The notes under the pieces: model-generated
Database searches by the model: none
What the model saw: the letters and a program-made list of their open reading frames with translations, nothing else
Told to the model about the DNA's origin: nothing
Made by a program: the position numbers and the translations under genes
Shown here: positions 57,434 through 64,000 of the stretch, in pieces
Layout of the letters: the number at the start of each line of letters is the position of its first letter
Position numbering within the stretch: position 1 is the stretch's first letter
Origin: Albugo candida
Taxonomy: Eukaryota
DNA: 64,000 nt
NCBI GenBank assembly: GCA_040437565.1
Contig: JBDOQK010000001.1
Location: 124,001-188,000, forward strand
Direction of reading: 5' to 3'

Positions 57434-58141
57434 TTGCGTGTATGTATGCTGCAAAAAAGCTTTAGAGCGCTTTCATGCGATGAAAACACGAATGCGAATC
57501 ACAGTAGCTATTTCTAGCCAATCCGGTGACTGCTAAGACTATTTTTAATCAATCGCGTTATTGGAACTGTTTGATTGGCTTATTCCTGCGTGATATATAT
57601 AGAACATTTACAGATTGGCTAAAATGTACGATTCTATTTTTTTAAGACGCATTCGACTCTTATGATCGCATCGAATGGAAAAGTGTGGCTGTGGCTCGCT
57701 TTGCGTGTTGTAGGCNNNNNNNNNNNNNNNNNNNNNNNNNNNNNNNNNNNNNNNNNNNNNNNNNNNNNNNNNNNNNNNNNNNNNNNNNNNNNNNNNNNNN
57801 NNNNNNNNNNNNNNNAATACTGATTTGATGTTGATCCGATTCAATTGCGTGGTCCATTTGCGTGTATGTATGCTGCAAAAAGGAGCTTTAGAGCGCTTTC
57901 ATGCGATGAAAACACGAATGCGAATCACAGTAGCTATTTCTAGCCAATCCGGTGACTGCTAAGACTATTTTTAATCAATCGCGTTATTGGAACTGTTTGA
58001 TTGGCTTATTCCTGCGTGATATATATAGAACATTTACAGATTGGCTAAAATGTACGATTCTATTTTTTTAAGACGCATTCGACTCTTATGATCGCATCGA
58101 ATGGAAAAGTGTGGCTGTGGCTCGCTTTGCGTGTTGTAGGC
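57392..58141. repeat. Near-identical direct duplication 57392-57715 ~ 57816-58141 across an N-gap (2-nt indel)
   Basis: Offset 424/426; gcaaaaaagcttt versus gcaaaaaggagcttt. Confidence 0.85.
57518..57618. promoter_or_regulatory. Cluster of three CCAAT boxes in the divergent promoter between the NudE-kinesin and acid phosphatase genes
   Basis: CCAAT 57518-57522 (AGCCAATC context), ATTGG 57574-57578 and 57614-57618 (both GATTGGCT). Confidence 0.5.
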
Positions 58142-60409
58142 ATAGTGAAGGGCGGAATTTATGACTCATGGAAGCCACATGAATATTGTAATGACCTTGA
58201 CCATATCGAATCCACACGTATCGAGCCTTTGACGCTAGCAGAGCAACATCAAGTCGAATCATTGCTTCAAGTGCAGGTTTGTGAGCCGACATGGCTGTTT
58301 GTGGGATAGTTGGACCACCAGTTCTTTCAGGTATTAGCACGTCATGGCAGTCGTGCTCCATACGGCCGGATATTTTGCTGGGATGAGAAAAAAAATAATC
58401 CAATGAATGCGCAATGGAATTGCTCGACGACCTCGGTCTCGGTGAGTTCATTCGTAATTGCCTATTCATCATGGCTAGTTTTGTAATAACGGGATAACAA
58501 TTTCGGAAAAGTCACAAAACATCGCAGTTAAGTCAAGTGCCGCAGGATATGGAAGATTGTTCCGAAAGCATTACACGAAAGGGCTGAATATCCTGAAAGG
58601 AGATTGCGTAGTCGGTGGATTACTTCCAGAGGGTCGAGAGCAACATGCTTTCAACGGATTGTAAGCCAAATTGTGCTGATTTGTCGTTTTTTCGTCTAAA
58701 GCATTGGTCCTCGCAGGTACCTACGAGAAGCTTATATCGGTCCGAATCCATTCAATCTCCTCAAAACCGCCAATATTTCGGTACGCTAAAGGATTATTTT
58801 TCATTCCAATTCACAAGTTTCTGTAGAACATCGATACTCGTCGCATTTATCTTCGAAGCGATGATCAGGAACGCACACTTGGATCGGGTCAGGTAGGTCC
58901 TTGCCGGGCTTCATACACGGGATTTCGACGCTGATGTGGTTGCAGGTCTTGTTTGATGCTTTCTTCCCACCAGATGCTAGCGAGTCCAAGGCATTAGGCG
59001 ACCTGCTTCAGTGGAATGTCGCGGATTACTCCACCGATCACATAAACGCNNNNNNNNNNNNNNNNNNNNNNNNNNNNNNNNNNNNNNNNNNNNNNNNNNN
59101 NNNNNNNNNNNNNNNNNNNNNNNNNNNNNNNNNNNNNNNNNNNNNNNNNAGCTTATATCGGTCCGAATCCATTCAATCTCCTCAAAACCGCCAATATTTC
59201 GGTACGCTAAAGGATTATTTTTCATTCCAATTCACAAGTTTCTGTAGAACATCGATACTCGTCGCATTTATCTTCGAAGCGATGATCAGGAACGCACACT
59301 TGGATCGGGTCAGGTAGGTCCTTGCCGGGCTTCATACACGGGATTTCGACGCTGATGTGGTTGCAGGTCTTGTTTGATGCTTTCTTCCCACCAGATGCTA
59401 GCGAGTCCAAGGCATTAGGCGACCTGCTTCAGTGGAATGTCGCGGATTACTCCACCGATCACATAAACGCCAATGAGAACATTTGCCCCATGATGAAATA
59501 CGTACGACCACACTATTTATCGTAGCCATAATTAATGTTGAGTGTAGATTGCGGATCTTTCGTCCACATCAAAAACATTTCATGATCATATTACAAGCCG
59601 CCCTGTGTTGGAATTAGAAGAGCGATTTTCCGCTTCTGTTGGTAATTTCAGCTGGAATACCGTGTTGGAATGTCTGAGTGTAGCACGTTGCAATAATCTT
59701 CCACTTCCCAATGGTGTGGACGAAGCATTATTCACCAGAATCTTCCAAGAAGTCGAATTACGACAGGGTCTTTTTTTGACCTTTAATGACTCGTGGTACT
59801 CCAAAGTCGCAATGCAACCTCTTTTTCGTGACATAATTAACAACATCGATGACGCTATCGGCAACGAGGAAAATTACGCAAAGCTGGCCATTTTTATGGG
59901 TACGAGAGTCTATTGGTGTATCAAGTCTCCTGATCTGTATCGTAGGTCACGATGCAACGTTGATGCCGTTCTTGGCTGCTCTGCAACGAGACAACTGGAA
60001 CAAAACATGGACACCGTATGCAGGGGCATTTGTGTTGGAGCTATACAAAACGACGAATGGCCATGCTGTTCGAGCTTTATACAAAGGGAAACCAATCAAG
60101 ATTCCCGACTGCAAACACTGTAAGCTTAGACTCCATTCCATTTAAGGTTTCCATGTCTTTATTGCTGTGAATGCAGCTCTTTGCGATGTGAAAACCTTTC
60201 TTGGATCTTTGGATTATGCTCGGTCTCCACGCACTTGTACCGAGCCAACAACTGGAATACTTGCATCCTCATCTCAGCATCTCTTTTGGTATCGATACTT
60301 TGCACCATTCATTCTGGCGATTATAATCGTTTTCAGTGCGATGCTCGTTTTTCGTTCGCGCAATCAGCCTCGTTCCAGTGAACAGGAGACGCTTCTTTCC
60401 CCTTCATGA
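58088..60409 (+). CDS. Histidine acid phosphatase (lysosomal acid phosphatase-like, type I membrane protein)
   Basis: Signal peptide; RHGSRAP (RHGxRxP) after splicing; GHDATL; C-terminal TM helix and EQETLL dileucine-like tail. Multi-exon and contains an artefactual duplication. Confidence 0.88.
58729..59470. repeat. Direct duplication 58729-59049 = 59150-59470 across an N-gap (probable assembly artefact)
   Basis: Offset 421, bounded by gap 59050-59149. Confidence 0.9.
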
Positions 60410-60563
60410 CTGTAGTGGTGCTGATTTGACGTCTTAAAGGCTTTGAAATGGCAATGTGTTCATTTTGTTCCCACTCTGTGACGTTACATGACTGATACGT
60501 GTTTGTTAATATTGCGGAATGTAATCGATATGATATCTAATATGTTAGTAACATTGAAGAGGG

Positions 60564-62430
60564 ATGCGCTGGGTGCGATGCTTAAGCAGCTACCAATCGA
60601 TCGCAGCTTTCTCAGCGACACTTGGAATTGCGCTAAGCCGCATCCAGAGAAGGCGATTTACCCGTGCTGGACTGGATGCTTTCTTAGATTTCGAAAGACG
60701 ATTGCAAAGTGAAAAAGAGGAAAAGAATCACAATAAGTTGGTGCGTAATTCACACTATAGCGATTTCCCACCATCATTCGCGTGGTTGCAATAGGGAACA
60801 AAGGATGACATGCCTCTCACTGAACTCACGCCGCCAGAGAAACCATCAGAGGAAGAATGTTGTGGTCGTGATTGCCCCAATTGTGTCTTTTTAGTGTATC
60901 AGGTGCATGCAAACTCAGTGCTCAACCTATTCTCAAACAGGTATGATGTACTCACACGTTTATTTAGGAAAAATTGCTCGAGTATGAGAAATGGATCCAG
61001 AAATTGCGCAATCCAAAACTATTGAATGAGAATCGTTCTCAACCTGCCACCAGATATGAGATTGTGTATCTCGATTCTAATCACTTGACAGCCAGCCAGC
61101 ATCAATGGATGGACGAGAACCAAGACACAGAATTTCAAGTCGTTGAGAACCAATTGATTGCACCTGACCATCCAACCCAAGACGGCTGGACCCGTTCTGT
61201 TCGACATATTGAGTTTGCAATAAGCGAACGACAGAAAAACCGTTTAACGAATCAATGTGCCATTAACTTTGCAGTTTATGTCCCCAATTCACCAACACAA
61301 GTCGATCGATTGCTAAAAATCCTAAACGCAGATGGCAATCAATTGTTCCAAGCGACTCGGAATGCATCCATTCAAAAATTCAATCCTCGTGAATTCAAAA
61401 ACACCAGAAAGCGTTTAATTCCAAAGCCATTCGAGCACATTGCAAACATTCGCGAAGCTCTCTTATGGACATTTGATTTAGAATCCACTCCGCCGTCATC
61501 TTTTATGAGTGGATTGTCCGCTTTCTGCACCGATCCCAAAGAGATTGAACTTCTCAATCAACCGGATGCCGTTCAGCAGCTTCAGGCTCAACGGTACGCG
61601 TATTGATGCATTTTCAAGGTGATTGGAATCATCAGCACCGTTGTGTAGACCTGAAAGCACAAACGTCTCTATCATCAAAGTAATGGAGCAACTCTCGTCG
61701 TTATCGCTGGATTTTGCGTCTTTGTATCAAATCGCACCATTCAATCCACCGCGCTATTACACAATTTCTTCCTCTTTGGAATTTGATCGGAATGCTATCT
61801 CCATCACGTTAGGATACCGGTATCACTCTGACGTGGAGCGCGGTCGATGTTGTTCTTGTTATTTATCTGCGATAAAAGCGAAGGACAAAGTGCGCGGCGC
61901 AATGTATCAGTCGCTTTTCATATATCCAGACACAAATCAACCAATCATAATGGTTGGGGCTGGGACAGGAATTGCTCCTTTTCGCGCGCTTATTCAGCAA
62001 TTGCGGGTTGAAAAATCGAATAAGAATCGATCGCGCCCGACTCACTTGTATTACGGATGTAATGGGGATATTGATTTTTTGTACAAAAAGGAGATCGAAG
62101 ATGCGTGTGCGAAAGGTGTACTCAGCTCATTACACGTTTCATATTCTCAGCCAAGTTCTGAATCTCAGGTAGGTGACACGCGTCTGGGGCACACAGTCCC
62201 CTTTTCTGAATCGTATCTACCTTTCCAATTAGGGTTTCTACGTGCAAGATGAATTGTTGGCGCAAAAAGCGTTCATTCGTAGTCATTTATTACATGACAA
62301 GGGGCTTTTGTATGTCTGCGGGAGTCGAGTGTTAGGACAGTATATTCGTCAGACACTGGAAACGATTTTGGACACCAACGTTTTGGATGCGCTGATGCAT
62401 CGCAATCAAGTCATTTTTGAGACGTGGTGA
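60564..62430 (+). CDS. Oxidoreductase: Oxidored-like (OXLD1-type) Cys domain + cytochrome P450 reductase-type FAD and NADPH-binding domains
   Basis: Arg-rich N-terminus; PPEKPSEEECCGRDCPNCVF; RSVRHIEF; PRYYTISSS; GRCCSCYL; MVGAGTGIAPFR; LYYGC; YVQD; YVCG; C-terminal Trp (ETW*). Four introns. Confidence 0.82.
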
Positions 62431-62725
62431 GCAGCTGAGAACAGATGAGGATGCGTCATTCTCTCTATCTGAGACGTGTGTGAGATGAGTGTCCAATCAG
62501 GTGTAAAATGCCCTAAACATTTTTATTCTTTCATTATTTCTGTAAAAACGCGTATATTGCAATTCGACCTTTCTTACGCCTTCTCTTACAATAATTTCGT
62601 CTCAAAGTCGCAAGCGTAAGCAGTTGTCCATAAAAGAATCAAGCAATCATAGCGACTTGGGTGACGAACTTTATTCATTTCTCTTTCCTCGTCAGTCAGT
62701 TCAATTCACTTTAGAGCCAGATTTA

Positions 62726-63595
62726 ATGACGGTTTTACGTCCATGGGAGTCAACTTCGTCCTTTGAGATGGGGCCTACCTTCCCTTGTCGCTCCAACAAT
62801 TCAGCCTGCAACGGATCTTCATTCCCTCAACTCACGCACTTGCCATCCGATACAAATACTGCAATAACAGCCTACAAGGTGCGAAGTCACAGTGTATCGA
62901 TTCGGGAGAAACGTGCACTTACGCCATGTTGCGACCATTCCCTGGCACGATCGTGTCCCTCCTTTCGCCCTTGCGACTGTGACGATGATAAGGACAGTCT
63001 CACTGGTATCAAGAGATTTTTATCGCTTAATATTGATCGCAATTTTATGACATGGAAACAATCGGTGCGCGCTGCCGTTCCAAAAATCATACATGGAAGC
63101 TCTCATTCCTCGAAAGCAAGAAAAGGTGTCGTATACGCTGAAGACGGTACTATCGTGAAATGTCGATTTTGTGACATCCTCGATTCGAAACAAAAGACTG
63201 AGATTCTTTATCAAGATGCATTTTTGGCTGTATTCCGACCGCTCACACCATTGGCTGGAACACACATTTTAGTGGTCCCACGATGTCACATACGAAATGT
63301 GAAGGAACTCACCATCGCCCATCGATCCCTTTTACAGCGAATGCGCATCGTGGGCGAATACGTACTGGCCCATCAAACAACTCAGACTCAGGCTCAGACG
63401 ACCTCATCTGATCCCGAGATCAATAAGTTCGCATTTCACTTGCCTCCATTCAATAGTATCGACCACGTTCACATGCACGCCTTCCGTACACCGCGGAACG
63501 CATCAGTCAACTCATTCCATGCTTTGAAGTACTGCACAGAAACCTGGTGGTGTCAATCATACGAGAAAATAATGCAACAATTAGCATCCGCATGA
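62726..63595 (+). CDS. HIT-family hydrolase (HINT3-like) with N-terminal extension
   Basis: CRFCDI, THILVVPRCHI and FHLPPFNSIDHVHMH (histidine triad). The first in-frame ATG is at 62726; the frame is open from 62624. Confidence 0.85.
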   Translation: MTVLRPWESTSSFEMGPTFPCRSNNSACNGSSFPQLTHLPSDTNTAITAYKVRSHSVSIREKRALTPCCDHSLARSCPSFRPCDCDDDKDSLTGIKRFLSLNIDRNFMTWKQSVRAAVPKIIHGSSHSSKARKGVVYAEDGTIVKCRFCDILDSKQKTEILYQDAFLAVFRPLTPLAGTHILVVPRCHIRNVKELTIAHRSLLQRMRIVGEYVLAHQTTQTQAQTTSSDPEINKFAFHLPPFNSIDHVHMHAFRTPRNASVNSFHALKYCTETWWCQSYEKIMQQLASA

Positions 63596-63623
63596 CAAGA
63601 GCTCTGTATTACGCACTTATCGT

Positions 63624-64000
63624 CTAAGTTTCAGGACATAGAACCGACGGGAACAACATTCCGATACGCGATTGTAAATGAGCTGCCAGATCATTATCAC
63701 CACGCTCTTGTGCGAGCTCCAACACGTTCTCATACACAGACAACGCTTCTTTTGTCTGTCGCCAATTCCAACGCTGAGGACCTCCATCAATGTTCTTTGG
63801 ACGGATCAATACATTGGTCATTGCTGTATCGCCTTCCAATTGACTCGCATTCTCGTCTGTGGACTCTACTATTTCGATATTGGACTTTTCAAATAGATCC
63901 AGCAATTTCAGCCCACGTTCCAGGTCCTTGTTCGCGTGTATACTTCGTGCCAACTGACATGTGTCATACACATTGATTTTGAAATCGTTCTGCTCAAACC
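63624..64000 (-). CDS. 3' end of a hypothetical helical protein (runs off the window)
   Basis: Open frame with protein-like helical sequence LERGLKLLDLFEKSNI...EALSVYENVLELAQERG, stopping at 63624. Confidence 0.55.
   Translation of the reverse strand, partial: FEQNDFKINVYDTCQLARSIHANKDLERGLKLLDLFEKSNIEIVESTDENASQLEGDTAMTNVLIRPKNIDGGPQRWNWRQTKEALSVYENVLELAQERGDNDLAAHLQSRIGMLFPSVLCPET

Noticed and set aside
1-64000. CRISPR arrays, rRNA/tRNA genes, transposons, RxLR/CRN/CHxC effectors
   Set aside because: No repeat-spacer pattern, cloverleaf, transposase or reverse transcriptase motifs, and no signal peptide plus effector motif could be supported by eye.

Overview
Eukaryotic, very gene-dense DNA with many short (about 50-80 nt) GT-AG introns. 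Gene content, moderate GC and extreme compaction suggest an oomycete, probably Albugo-like (inference, not verified). I can support 28 protein-coding genes: an ER-type DnaJ, DOT1-like methyltransferase, BolA, CCDC148-like, a class C-like GPCR, a WRKY19-like Zn-repeat protein, two kinesins, SPC25, RBM48, a GW2/DA2/SIP5-like RING protein, TMEM185-like, a class I PDE, a C2H2 protein, a double DH-PH/FYVE RhoGEF, ribophorin II, a SerA-SerC fusion, an RGLG-like ligase, a CHD remodeller, HAUS4, a vacuolar sorting receptor, SEC5/EXOC2, a histidine acid phosphatase, an Oxidored-like/CPR-type reductase, a HINT3-like protein and three hypothetical proteins. Nine of the eleven 100-N gaps are flanked by direct duplications that look like unmerged contig overlaps rather than real tandem genes. 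The most striking observations are: (1) a NudE/NDEL1 dynein-regulator coiled coil spliced in frame to a kinesin-14 motor; (2) a probably mitochondrial SerA-SerC fusion whose SerA half appears to have lost its catalytic Arg/Glu/His; (3) a P450-reductase-type FAD/NADPH module with a CCxxxCxxC domain in place of the FMN domain; (4) a GPCR with a ProX/OpuAC-like ectodomain. No rRNA, tRNA, CRISPR or recognisable mobile element was found. All family calls come from motif recognition by eye; no searches were run.
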